In this document: in pieces, positions 9,585-18,413 of the stretch
Numbering within the stretch: the first letter of the stretch is position 1
Layout: each line of letters opens with the position of its first letter
Assembly (NCBI GenBank): GCA_031255715.1
Contig: JAIRRZ010000007.1
Span: 272-64,271 of the forward strand
DNA: 64,000 nt
Reading direction: 5' to 3'
From: Puniceicoccales bacterium
GTDB taxonomy: Bacteria > Verrucomicrobiota > Verrucomicrobiia > Opitutales > LL51
The notes under the pieces: model-generated
What the model was told of the DNA's origin: nothing
What the model saw: only the letters and a program-made list of their open reading frames with translations
Database searches by the model: none
Translations under genes and position numbers: made by a program

Positions 9585-10423
9585 CGAAAATAGCAAAGTT
9601 TTTAGTATTCATTGCTTTGGTTTTTATGGTGATGTCCGTGGAGCGGGCGATGAAAGCCTGGCAGCTACGGTTGCAGAAAGATGAGCAGTATAATGCCAAT
9701 CACGTAACTCAGACACAGCCTGTGATGGTCGAGCGAGAAACAATTGATATTTTGAATGTTCCTTGGAAAAATCCACGAATTGCTCCCAAGGGTAAAAGCT
9801 GGACATTTGATCTCTTCACTTCGCCAACTATCCTGCGCGAAGGAACAGAATTTAAAGCGACATTTCCATGGATGGAAAAAAGTCAATCGACAATTAATTT
9901 TGAAATTATTGAATTGAGCAAAAAAGTTTATCCTTTGCAATTCTCCGGTTATTTCTCTCGGCCTATAGTTAATGGCAAAAAATCTGAGGATCATTCGTTT
10001 TCATTCATACTGAGTGATGTGCAAAACCGTGAATCGTTCCAGGTCCAATTGGGGCAGGTTGTCGAGTACTATGGTGTTGAAATTTTGAGCTTTATCGAAA
10101 AGGGCTCCAATGGAGAGATTCAAGGGTATCCGCAATTAAAAGTTATGGATCATAATATCGGGCGGGAAGTAATTTTAACGCCGGAGAAGAGATATTATGA
10201 TCAGCTATTTGTTATTCGTTTGCGTTCGAAGGTTGACAAAAGTGAGTTTTTCCTATCTCATATAGATGAAGAGTTTTCCGTAGGTGGTGATCAATATGTA
10301 CTCAAAAAAATTGATGAAGAAAAAAAGAGGCTTGAATTTTTGCAAAAAATGGGAAAAGATTCCTGTGTTTTTTCTTTGGAAATTGTTTCAGAAAATATCT
10401 CCAGCACTATAGAAACGATTTAA
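9581..10423 (+). CDS. Single-pass membrane protein of unknown function, fourth gene of the pilus-like cluster
   Basis: N-terminal TM (IAKFLVFIALVFMVMSV) then a beta-rich-looking domain; ATGA overlap with the upstream gene. Confidence 0.4.
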   Translation: MTKIAKFLVFIALVFMVMSVERAMKAWQLRLQKDEQYNANHVTQTQPVMVERETIDILNVPWKNPRIAPKGKSWTFDLFTSPTILREGTEFKATFPWMEKSQSTINFEIIELSKKVYPLQFSGYFSRPIVNGKKSEDHSFSFILSDVQNRESFQVQLGQVVEYYGVEILSFIEKGSNGEIQGYPQLKVMDHNIGREVILTPEKRYYDQLFVIRLRSKVDKSEFFLSHIDEEFSVGGDQYVLKKIDEEKKRLEFLQKMGKDSCVFSLEIVSENISSTIETI

Positions 10424-10446
10424 GTCAATAGCAAAGTCAAATTTAG

Positions 10447-10476
10447 TTGACATTTTATAAAATTTTCCGCTAATAA
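10447..10476 (+). promoter_or_regulatory. Candidate sigma70-type promoter upstream of the nucleoside phosphorylase-like gene
   Basis: TTGACA (10447-10452), 18-nt spacer, TAATAA (10471-10476). Confidence 0.25.
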
Positions 10477-10515
10477 CGTTGGGTTTTTTGGCAAGACAAA
10501 ACTAGGTTTATTATA

Positions 10516-11850
10516 ATGGAAAAAGAGCACACAATTTCGCGGGATTTTATCAGGCCTTCTTATGCGTATCTTATTGAAAAAAAACGTGACGGCGAAGAGT
10601 TTTCCGATGATGAAATTCGATTCATTACGAATTCGATTTTGGACAAAACGATCCCGGATCATCAGCTTGCTGCATTAGCCATGGCGGTTTATTTTCAAGG
10701 TATGACACCTCAAGAAATTGCCGTATTTACGGAAGAAATGATGTTGACTGGAGAGGTATTTGAACTTCCACGCATTACAAAACCGAAGCTAGATCGTTAT
10801 GCAACCGGTGGAGTTGGTGATAAAACGGGATTAGTTTTGATTCCTTTGGCAGCAGCCTGTGGCATTGCCGTTCCGTCGATGATTGGCGAAGAGGAAGGTT
10901 TTGTTATTAGTGATCTCGATAAATTGCGTTCCATTCCAGGGTTTCAGACAAATATTCCCCATGATCAGTTTGTTAAACAATTACAGCAAATAGGATGTGC
11001 AGTCATTGAACAATGTTCGGAAATTACGCCAATTAATACACTTCTTTTTAAATTGCGTAAGGAAACGGGAACGGTACCGAGTTTACCGCTGTTGACGAGT
11101 AGTTTGTTGAGTAAAAAATTTTCGGAGGGTGCGGATGGATTAGTGGTTGACGTAAAATGGGGCAATGGAGCCTATGTACGCGATGTGGAGAGTGCAAAAC
11201 AATTGGGGCGTATGGTGACTCGCGTAGCGAAGTCGATGAACCGGAAATGTGTCGCTCTGATTACGGATATGAATCAGCCTTTAGGGAGCTGTGTAGGAAC
11301 TGGGCTTGAAATGCAAGAAGTTTTGCAGCTTTTGCGCGGCGAAAGTGATCCGGAGTTAGATGAATTAATTTTGCGCCTGGGCATGGAAATGGTGCGTTTG
11401 GCAGGAGTTGCCGGCTCTACACTGTCAGCAAAACAAATGGTGCGCAAACATTTGAGTGACGGTGTCGCGTTAGTGAAATTGCGCGAGATGGTGGAATCAC
11501 AGGGGGGCGATCCGAGCTATATCGATGACCCTGATAAATTTTCCAAAGCAAAATACATAAAAAAATTGCCAGCAGCGAAGCGGGGTTATGTCCATACGAT
11601 CGATTCGAATATGTTGGCGCATGGTGTGCAAATTTTAGCCCGGAAAAGAGATGGATCGATTGATCATGCAGTTGGGGTTTCCGAGATCAAAAAGATTGGA
11701 TACCAAGTGAAACAGGGCGAAGCACTTATGATGATTCACTACAATGATGAAATTAATTTGGAGTCGGCGCTAGAATTTTTGCGCTCGTCCTACCGTTTGG
11801 CGCCTAAGCGGCCGACGCAGAATGATTTAATTGTGGAGCGAGTAGCCTGA
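10516..11850 (+). CDS. Thymidine/pyrimidine-nucleoside phosphorylase family protein with a divergent phosphate-binding loop
   Basis: 444 aa; family motifs TGGVGDKT, LDKLRSIPGF, SSLLSKK and ITDMNQPLG are present, but SGRGLGHTGGT is replaced by IGEEEGFVISD. Confidence 0.8.
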   Translation: MEKEHTISRDFIRPSYAYLIEKKRDGEEFSDDEIRFITNSILDKTIPDHQLAALAMAVYFQGMTPQEIAVFTEEMMLTGEVFELPRITKPKLDRYATGGVGDKTGLVLIPLAAACGIAVPSMIGEEEGFVISDLDKLRSIPGFQTNIPHDQFVKQLQQIGCAVIEQCSEITPINTLLFKLRKETGTVPSLPLLTSSLLSKKFSEGADGLVVDVKWGNGAYVRDVESAKQLGRMVTRVAKSMNRKCVALITDMNQPLGSCVGTGLEMQEVLQLLRGESDPELDELILRLGMEMVRLAGVAGSTLSAKQMVRKHLSDGVALVKLREMVESQGGDPSYIDDPDKFSKAKYIKKLPAAKRGYVHTIDSNMLAHGVQILARKRDGSIDHAVGVSEIKKIGYQVKQGEALMMIHYNDEINLESALEFLRSSYRLAPKRPTQNDLIVERVA

Positions 11851-12055
11851 TTTGGCGGCAAGGTCTAGGAGTGGTGCGCCTTTAGAATTTACCATTCTTT
11901 GGACTTGGATTTACAGCTGCTATCTTAGGCATTGCCTGTTGTACTGGTTGAATGGGGGCCAAGGTTCTGTCAGCAATTATGCCATAGGCAGAGGGTTCCA
12001 CATTTTTGATATTGCTAATTGGATAACACGTGGTTTAATCCTATTAAAAGAAAAG

Positions 12056-12865
12056 ATGTTGTTCGATGCGCAGCGACTATTAATAATTGCAGGACCTTGT
12101 GCTTTAGAATCTGAGCAATTAGTTTTGGATGTTGCAGATTTTTTACAAAAAATTCAACAACGTTTTCCGCAAGTACAGTTTATTTTTAAGGTTTCATTGG
12201 ACAAGGCCAATCGTTCATCGGTAAATAGCGCGCGCGGTATAGGAATCGAAGATGGTCTTATAATTTTAGAGCAACTCAAACGGCGATATTGTTTTCCGGT
12301 CACAACGGATGTGCATTTACCTGAGCAAGCGAAAGAGGTTGCGGCTGTATGTGACGTGTTACAGGTGCCGGCATTTCTCTGTCGGCAGACGGATTTATTA
12401 GCAGCGGTGGCGAAGACAAAACGTACTATTTCCGTGAAGAAAGGACAATTTTTATCGCCACAGGAGATGTATTATGTGCTTGAGAAGCTGCGATATTTTG
12501 GGGCAGGTGAAATTTGGCCAATCGAACGCGGAACGACTTTCGGCTATAACAATTTAGTTGTTGATATGCGGAGTTTTATGATTGTAAAACAATTTTCACC
12601 TGTGGCCATTTTCGATGCAACACACAGCGTACAGTTACCCGGAGCAGGGAATGGAAAAACGGTTGGTTGTCGAGAGTTTGTGGAGCATTTAGCCTATGGG
12701 GCATTGGCAGCCGGGGCAAATGGATTATTTTTTGAGGTACACCCGAATCCTAGCGAAGCAATTTGCGATGGAGCGAACCAATTAGATGTGCATCATTTCG
12801 AGAAAATTGTGAAGAATTGTTTGGAGTTTTGGCAATTGCGAAAAACTGTTTGTTGTGATATTTGA
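12056..12865 (+). CDS. kdsA: 2-dehydro-3-deoxyphosphooctonate aldolase (KDO-8-P synthase)
   Basis: Motifs IAGPCALES, FKVSLDKANRSS, LQVPAFLCRQTDLL, ERGTTFGYNNLVVDMRS and FDATHSVQLPG. The internal ATG at 12056 gives the family-typical 269 aa. Confidence 0.9.
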   Translation: MLFDAQRLLIIAGPCALESEQLVLDVADFLQKIQQRFPQVQFIFKVSLDKANRSSVNSARGIGIEDGLIILEQLKRRYCFPVTTDVHLPEQAKEVAAVCDVLQVPAFLCRQTDLLAAVAKTKRTISVKKGQFLSPQEMYYVLEKLRYFGAGEIWPIERGTTFGYNNLVVDMRSFMIVKQFSPVAIFDATHSVQLPGAGNGKTVGCREFVEHLAYGALAAGANGLFFEVHPNPSEAICDGANQLDVHHFEKIVKNCLEFWQLRKTVCCDI

Positions 12866-13085
12866 TATTTCATTACATTTCATTGAATTTGAAAATTATT
12901 AGTAGATAGAATGGGTAAAAGTCTCTTGAGAATCTCAAAATCAAATATCGCTTTCTCTATGCTAGTCAGTAAGGAGGATATTTATGGCATATCAAGTGGT
13001 CTTTTCAAAAAATCGTGGAAAATTATCTATGTTTTTGATTTTTTCGAAAAGAAATTGAAGCTTTGCTAAAATTCAGTTGACAACG

Positions 13086-13106
13086 CTATTAGAATATTTT
13101 TGATAG
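13086..13106. promoter_or_regulatory. Imperfect AT-rich palindrome overlapping a TTGACA, just upstream of rpmJ (possible repressor operator)
   Basis: CTATTAGAA-N3-TTTTGATAG (7 of 9 arm positions complementary), immediately after TTGACA at 13077-13082 and 9 nt before the rpmJ ATG. Confidence 0.2.
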
Positions 13107-13114
13107 TATAGGTT

Positions 13115-13240
13115 ATGAAAGTTACAGCGTCACTCAAGTCGTTAAAGGGTCGCCATCCGGATTGTAAAATTGTTCGAAGAAAAGGGCGTGTCTATATCAT
13201 TTGCAAGAGTAGTCCTCGATTTAAAGCGCGCCAAGGTTGA
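13115..13240 (+). CDS. rpmJ: Ribosomal protein L36, zinc-independent (C-minus, YkgO-like) form
   Basis: A 41-aa ORF absent from the ORF track: [41 protein letters not shown]. It lacks the CxxC...C...H zinc site of canonical L36. Confidence 0.85.
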   Translation: MKVTASLKSLKGRHPDCKIVRRKGRVYIICKSSPRFKARQG

Positions 13241-13256
13241 TGGAGGAAGGTAGATT

Positions 13257-13505
13257 ATGAAGAAAGATATACATCCTAGTTTTCATCCAGTGTGCTTTAT
13301 TGATGTCTCGACGAAGAAAAGATTTTTGATGACTTCGACGTTACATTCGAAACAGAAAGAGACGATTGATGGGGTAGAATATGATGTGGTTTTTCGTGAT
13401 ATTACTTCAGATTCCCATCCTGCGTATACGGGTGAAAAACGTTTTGTGGATACGGCAGGTCGAGTTGAAAAGTTTCAGAGCAAATTTAGACGCGTACGTA
13501 AGTAG
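13257..13505 (+). CDS. rpmE: Ribosomal protein L31, type B (C-minus, YkgM-like) form
   Basis: 82 aa; MKKDIHP... and ...SHPAYTGEKRFVDTAGRVEKF are family motifs; no CxxC pairs. Confidence 0.88.
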   Translation: MKKDIHPSFHPVCFIDVSTKKRFLMTSTLHSKQKETIDGVEYDVVFRDITSDSHPAYTGEKRFVDTAGRVEKFQSKFRRVRK

Positions 13506-13660
13506 CTATCGGTAAAACGTGTCAATTTTGTTTCCTGGGCTAGCTTAGGGATGTGTTTTTGTTGACTGTTCGATTGGGGAAAAAGAGTATATAATTCAGG
13601 TAGAGTTAGGTTTCGATAATTAAAAGACTTAATAGCAGAGAGAGGTATACATAGAATTAG

Positions 13661-13705
13661 GCGTAGAAGAATAGGAGAGAATATCTACGCTTTGATTTTA
13701 TCTTT
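13661..13705 (+). terminator. Weak candidate terminator after rpmE
   Basis: GCGTAGA (13661-13667) pairs with TCTACGC (13684-13690) across a 16-nt loop, followed by TTTGATTTTATCTTT. Confidence 0.25.
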
Positions 13706-13718
13706 CAATTTTATAGGG

Positions 13719-14909
13719 TTATTTATCGAGGACATTAATTCCAGGAAGGGGTCGTCCTTCGAGAAATTCAAGACTAGCTCCGCCTCCCGTACTCATAAAA
13801 GTAACATCTTGGCTATGGCCACTTTTGTTAATTGCTTTAATCGAATCGCCGCCTCCGATGATAGAAATGGCATTTTGATTTTTCGCAATCGCTTCAGCGA
13901 TGGCAAATGTTCCTTTAGCGGATTCTTCGATTTCGAAAATACCCATGGGACCATTCATTAGAATGGTTTTTGAATTTTGGATAGTTTGGGAAAATAATTC
14001 GATACTTTTAGGGCCAATATCGATACCCTTCATGCCTTCCGGAATATCGAGGTCTGCAACTTGCATTATTCCCATGGTTCTACTATCGAAGTCGATATGA
14101 TTGGTTACGATGGAATCGATGGGTAAAATGAATTGAACATTTTTTTCTTTTGCCTTTTGGATGGCAGTGAGTGCCGTATGAATTTTATCCGGTTCAGCTA
14201 AGCTATTCCCGATCCCATGGTCTTGGGCGAGCAAGAATGTATAAGCCATGGCGCCACCGATAATCATATTATCGGCCTTATCAAGCAAGGCATCGATTAC
14301 GGAAATTTTGTCACTTACTTTGGCACCACCGAGAATCACAGTAAAAGGGCGTTTGGGATCAGCCGTTTTTTGTCCTAAAAATTCCAATTCCCGTTCAACC
14401 AGGAGACCAGCGACGCATGGTGAAAGAAATTTTGTGATTCCCACCGTAGAAGCATGGGCGCGGTGAGCGGTTCCGAAGGCATCGTTGACGTAGGCATCGG
14501 CGAGTTTAGCGAGTTCTTTGGAAAAGTTTTCATCGTTATTCGTTTCTTCTTTGTAGAAGCGAATATTTTCAAGGAGTGCAACTTCGCCATTTTCCAAGCG
14601 ATGAATTGCATTAACAGTTTTTTCACCGATGCAATCAGGCAGAAACAATACGGGTTGCTTGAGTAGTTCTGAGAGTGTTTTTGCGACTGGTGCTAGCGAA
14701 TACTTTATCTGTTTCACACCATCGGGGCGGCCGAGATGGGAGGCTAGAATAATTTTTGCTTTCCGTTGAATAAGGTAATTAATCGTAGGGAGGGCAGCAG
14801 TAATCCTTGTCGTATCGGAAATTTGCCCATGTTCATCGAGAGGGACGTTGAAGTCGACACGCACGAATACGCGCTTTTCTGTTAAATTGACATCCTTAAT
14901 TGTTTTCAT
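13719..14909 (-). CDS. pgk: Phosphoglycerate kinase
   Basis: RVDFNVPL, ASHLGRP, NDAFGTAHRAHAST and STGGGASLEF motifs; ATG at 14909 preferred over TTG at 14921. Confidence 0.95.
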   Translation of the reverse strand: MKTIKDVNLTEKRVFVRVDFNVPLDEHGQISDTTRITAALPTINYLIQRKAKIILASHLGRPDGVKQIKYSLAPVAKTLSELLKQPVLFLPDCIGEKTVNAIHRLENGEVALLENIRFYKEETNNDENFSKELAKLADAYVNDAFGTAHRAHASTVGITKFLSPCVAGLLVERELEFLGQKTADPKRPFTVILGGAKVSDKISVIDALLDKADNMIIGGAMAYTFLLAQDHGIGNSLAEPDKIHTALTAIQKAKEKNVQFILPIDSIVTNHIDFDSRTMGIMQVADLDIPEGMKGIDIGPKSIELFSQTIQNSKTILMNGPMGIFEIEESAKGTFAIAEAIAKNQNAISIIGGGDSIKAINKSGHSQDVTFMSTGGGASLEFLEGRPLPGINVLDK

Positions 14910-15014
14910 ATTATTTCGCAAATACTATTCATTCGGCATGAATTTTCAAGTACTGATGAATAAAAAAAGATTTTTACAATCTGGATACAAAAAAACCACT
15001 AGCTGAAATTTCTA

Positions 15015-15512
15015 TTACCGTTTCGTCATTTCATCAAGAAACTGATTCAGTCGAGTTGCTTTGGTCAGTGGCATTGATGAACTTTCGTTTGATAGAGAGG
15101 GATGCGGCAATGTTTGCGAAAATGGTGATGAGCTATCTTTTGGAATAGGTTGCTGTTGCCTTGCTAACAAGGTTGGCAGTTGAGCTAGCAGTCGATTGCG
15201 CTGTTGAGTTGTTAATCGACGTAGTGCTTGAAATTGTTGTGCCTTCTTTGTGTGATTTTTAAGAATTTTCCATCTAGCTTTACATTCCTGGATGGTGTGT
15301 TCAGGAATTTTTTGTATAATTTCGCTCCATTTTTGTTTTTTTTGGCATGCTTTTGTTAACACAGCGTCCTGTTCTTTGGTCCAGTTTTTATTTGTTTGCT
15401 TCGATGAAGGTGCCTCTTCAGATGTTGATGACAATCTCGGTGCAGTGGCATAACTTATGGCTGCAATAAAGCAGTTAAAACCTATTAATAATATTTTTGC
15501 GTTTATACTCAT
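15015..15512 (-). CDS. Signal-peptide protein with a Myb/SANT-like repeat and a Gln-rich tail
   Basis: MSINAKILLIGFNCFIAAISYATAP is signal-like. WTKEQDAVLTKACQKKQKWSEIIQKIPEHTIQECKARW has the three regularly spaced Trp of a Myb repeat. An alternative TTG start lies at 15554. Confidence 0.55.
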   Translation of the reverse strand: MSINAKILLIGFNCFIAAISYATAPRLSSTSEEAPSSKQTNKNWTKEQDAVLTKACQKKQKWSEIIQKIPEHTIQECKARWKILKNHTKKAQQFQALRRLTTQQRNRLLAQLPTLLARQQQPIPKDSSSPFSQTLPHPSLSNESSSMPLTKATRLNQFLDEMTKR

Positions 15513-15704
15513 TGCAATTGTCGCTGTTCTCGTGAGTTTTGAGAATATTTTCAATAGAAAAAATAAAAAAATATTTTAGGCTAACTGGCAATCTTTTTGT
15601 GCAATTGCAAATATTTCCGTTTTTTTGTCTTAGAAATCGTTGAAATATTTTAGGGAAAAAGTTTGCTTGAAATTGTTTTTATCCTAATACATATACTGTA
15701 CCAT

Positions 15705-16355
15705 ATGGATACGATCGATGAAAAAACACAGTACAGGTGCGAAAAGGAAAATGTTACTGCGGAAATCAGAAACTTAGATAGTCAGCTTACTGAAGGCGAT
15801 CAAAATATGTCAGGCATGGCAAGTGATGGCGAAAATTTTATTTCGGATTCAGAAAAAATTGTTGATCCTCGCATTGTGATGCCCGTTAGTGGGGCAGTGG
15901 CTGACTTTGTAAACTTGGAATTGCAACAGCTTAAGGAGCAATTGCTTCGCGTCCAAGCGGATTTTGATAACTATCGCAGACGTGCTATCCGCGACCAGGA
16001 TGATCTTCGTCGCTTCGCCTGTATGGACCTCATTGGTGGGCTGTTGCCCATTCTCGATAGTTTTGAACTCGGATTGAAATCGGCACAGGACAATTCCAGT
16101 ACACTTTCGGGATTTCAAATGATTTTTACGCAATTGCAAACGCTGCTTACTACAAAGGGTGTGAAAGAAATTGCTCCCCAGGGTGAAATTTTTAGCCCCC
16201 AATGGGCAGAAGCCATCGCCTATGTTTACGATGAAAATGTTCCCCGGGAGCATGTTGTTCAAACGGTCCGCAAGGGGTATTTGTTACATGATCGCTTGCT
16301 ACGGCCAGCTTCAGTAGTCGTTTCAAAGGGCGCTCAAACGGAGGAAAATAAATGA
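15705..16355 (+). CDS. grpE: Nucleotide exchange factor GrpE
   Basis: DFDNYRRR motif and a C-terminal beta domain ([16 protein letters not shown]); ATG at 15705 preferred over TTG at 15663. Confidence 0.9.
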   Translation: MDTIDEKTQYRCEKENVTAEIRNLDSQLTEGDQNMSGMASDGENFISDSEKIVDPRIVMPVSGAVADFVNLELQQLKEQLLRVQADFDNYRRRAIRDQDDLRRFACMDLIGGLLPILDSFELGLKSAQDNSSTLSGFQMIFTQLQTLLTTKGVKEIAPQGEIFSPQWAEAIAYVYDENVPREHVVQTVRKGYLLHDRLLRPASVVVSKGAQTEENK

Positions 16356-17491
16356 CTCAAACGGATTATTACGAATTGCTGGGTGTGTCTAGGGATGCAT
16401 CAAGCGATGAAATTAAAAAGGCCTATCGAAAAATGGCGGTTAAATACCATCCCGATAAAAATCCTGGCGATAGATCGGCAGAAGAGAAGTTTAAACAAGT
16501 TTCAGAAGCTTACGATGTTTTGAATAATGAGCAAAAACGGGCTGCCTATGATCGCTATGGCCACGATGCCTTCGATCCTCAGAAAGGTATGGGCGGTGGG
16601 TTTCAATCGGGTCGTCGAGGCAGTGCAGGTTTCCAAGATCCATTTGATATTTTCAAGGAGGCCTTTGGTGGTGAGGGTGGTATTTTTAATGATTTGTTTG
16701 GCAGGGGTTCGAAGCGGTGTTCGACTCAGCAGGATGGATCCGATTTGCGCTACGATTTGGAAATTTCCTTGAAAGAAGCTTTTACGGGAGTGGAAAAATT
16801 ATTGCGTTATGATCGGCATGTGTCTTGTATGCATTGTAACGGAACAGGTTCTGAAAAGGGTTCCAAGTCGGGGACTTGTTCTACATGTCATGGTTCCGGT
16901 GTTTTGACTATGTCCCAAGGATTTTTTGCGATGCGCCAAACCTGTCCCGATTGTAATGGTACGGGGACGAAAATCATGAATCCTTGCCGCGTTTGTCAAG
17001 GTAGAGGCTGTGTCGAAGAGGCTACGAAAACGAAAATTAAAATTCCAATGGGAGTTGCCCATGGTATGAAATTACGTTTGAATGGCTTCGGTGAGTCGGG
17101 TGTACGCGGTGGACGAAATGGTGATTTATTCGTTGTGGTCTTTATTAAGAGTGATAAACAATTTGAACGTGATGGTGATAATTTGCACTGCAATTTATCC
17201 ATTCCATTTACATTGGCCGCACTGGGAGGTGAAATTAATATAAAAACGATCGATGCGGAAGCAGTTTTACAAATACCTTCTGGAACGCAGCCGGATTCAA
17301 TTTTGCGTATGCGCGGTTACGGTATGCCAAATTTTTCAACGGGTAATCGGGGTGATCAATTGGTACATATCGGTGTCGAGGTACCCAAAAAGTTGACCTC
17401 CGAACAACGTAATAAACTAGAAGCATTTGCCCTATCCCTTAGCGGTGGCGAAAAATCTTGGTTTTCGAAGATTAAGGATTCTTTTCAGTAA
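16352..17491 (+). CDS. dnaJ: Chaperone DnaJ
   Basis: J-domain (DYYELLGV...KYHPDKNPG), G/F region and four CxxCxGxG zinc motifs; ATGA overlap with grpE. Confidence 0.95.
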   Translation: MTQTDYYELLGVSRDASSDEIKKAYRKMAVKYHPDKNPGDRSAEEKFKQVSEAYDVLNNEQKRAAYDRYGHDAFDPQKGMGGGFQSGRRGSAGFQDPFDIFKEAFGGEGGIFNDLFGRGSKRCSTQQDGSDLRYDLEISLKEAFTGVEKLLRYDRHVSCMHCNGTGSEKGSKSGTCSTCHGSGVLTMSQGFFAMRQTCPDCNGTGTKIMNPCRVCQGRGCVEEATKTKIKIPMGVAHGMKLRLNGFGESGVRGGRNGDLFVVVFIKSDKQFERDGDNLHCNLSIPFTLAALGGEINIKTIDAEAVLQIPSGTQPDSILRMRGYGMPNFSTGNRGDQLVHIGVEVPKKLTSEQRNKLEAFALSLSGGEKSWFSKIKDSFQ

Positions 17492-17576
17492 GCTTTACGA
17501 TTGGGTTTTGAGAATTATGGGTATACTTTTACGCGATTAGCAATCGCAATTGTGTGGATAAGGGATAGACGCGTAA

Positions 17577-18227
17577 TTATTTCTTTGAAGTAACTTCACG
17601 TTGGATTTTTTCAAGTTCTGGATCGATAAGGTCGAGAAATGTTTGTAAGGTCTTATCTGTTTTTACATTGTGATTGCAAACTTCTTTTGCATGGGTAAGG
17701 AGGCGGAGAGCATGTTTTGGGCGTTCACCTTGGTTGTAGCGTTTGGCTGCGGTGAGTAAAATTGCCGGATTATCTGGAAAAATATTGAGAATGAAGTCGT
17801 AGATCTGTAGACCTGAATCGATATTCAACTCCGAAATGGATTCGGCGAGGTGTAGGTAAGTATAGGGATAGGGAACACCATTTGGGCAAAGTAGCGTCAA
17901 AAATTGAAATAATTGGGTCGCAATTTGCATTTTTTTTTCATTGTAAAATGTTTCCGCAAAGTGTCCAAGAATTTGAATATCATTTTCTGTGGACGCAAAA
18001 AGTACTTCTTGCAACGGACGTTGTTCCGCGTTGGAAAAAAGATTTTCCAAAACTTTCTGACAATTCTCATCGCTGGCGTAGCGTTCCAGTGCTAAGCGAT
18101 AGATCATCATAATAATAGGAGTACTATTGCCGGCTACCTCAAGCGATAATCCAAACTCATTGGTGGAAAATTCACTTATCATATTTTCTAATTTTTGACA
18201 AAATTGATCGATTTTTCCAACATCCAT
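17577..18227 (-). CDS. TPR protein resembling class II type III secretion chaperones (SycD/LcrH/CesD type)
   Basis: 216 aa. The C-terminal half has TPR-like spacing (FYNEKKMQIATQLFQFLTLLCPNG...YLHLAESI...GLQIYDFILNIFPDNP...AKRYNQGERPKHALRLL). It is divergent from sctS. Confidence 0.45.
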   Translation of the reverse strand: MDVGKIDQFCQKLENMISEFSTNEFGLSLEVAGNSTPIIMMIYRLALERYASDENCQKVLENLFSNAEQRPLQEVLFASTENDIQILGHFAETFYNEKKMQIATQLFQFLTLLCPNGVPYPYTYLHLAESISELNIDSGLQIYDFILNIFPDNPAILLTAAKRYNQGERPKHALRLLTHAKEVCNHNVKTDKTLQTFLDLIDPELEKIQREVTSKK

Positions 18228-18359
18228 GGGATGTAATCTATAAAATTTTGCAAAATAGGAAAGAAAAATTTTCCATAGTGATATAAATTTTGTGAAAGTT
18301 TGAAGGATAAGTGCCTTGTTAATGGTTTATGCTCGCATTGCTATTGGACTTGGTCCTTA

Positions 18360-18387
18360 TTGCTAATAACTTGCCATTTGGTAAAAT
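18360..18387 (+). promoter_or_regulatory. Candidate extended -10 promoter for sctSTU
   Basis: TTGCTA (18360-18365), 16 nt, TAAAAT (18382-18387) preceded by TGG; AAGGGGG Shine-Dalgarno before the sctS ATG. Confidence 0.3.
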
Positions 18388-18413
18388 TTGATTAGAAATG
18401 AAGTCAAGGGGGT

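Noticed and set aside
11852-12055. A 68-codon N-terminal extension of kdsA implied by the ORF track (start 11852)
   Set aside because: The extension is Trp/Cys/Leu-rich nonsense-like sequence. The KdsA family begins at the internal ATG 12056, which gives the normal length.
15555-15704. Search for a CIRCE element or other heat-shock operator upstream of grpE
   Set aside because: No TTAGCACTC-N9-GAGTGCTAA-like sequence was found. Only a 10-bp palindrome, TGCAATTGCA (15600-15609), is present, and that is too short to call a site.
18228-18413. Search for an sctR/fliP gene or remnant upstream of sctS
   Set aside because: All three plus-strand frames are broken by stops, and no FliP-like hydrophobic C-terminal pattern is visible.
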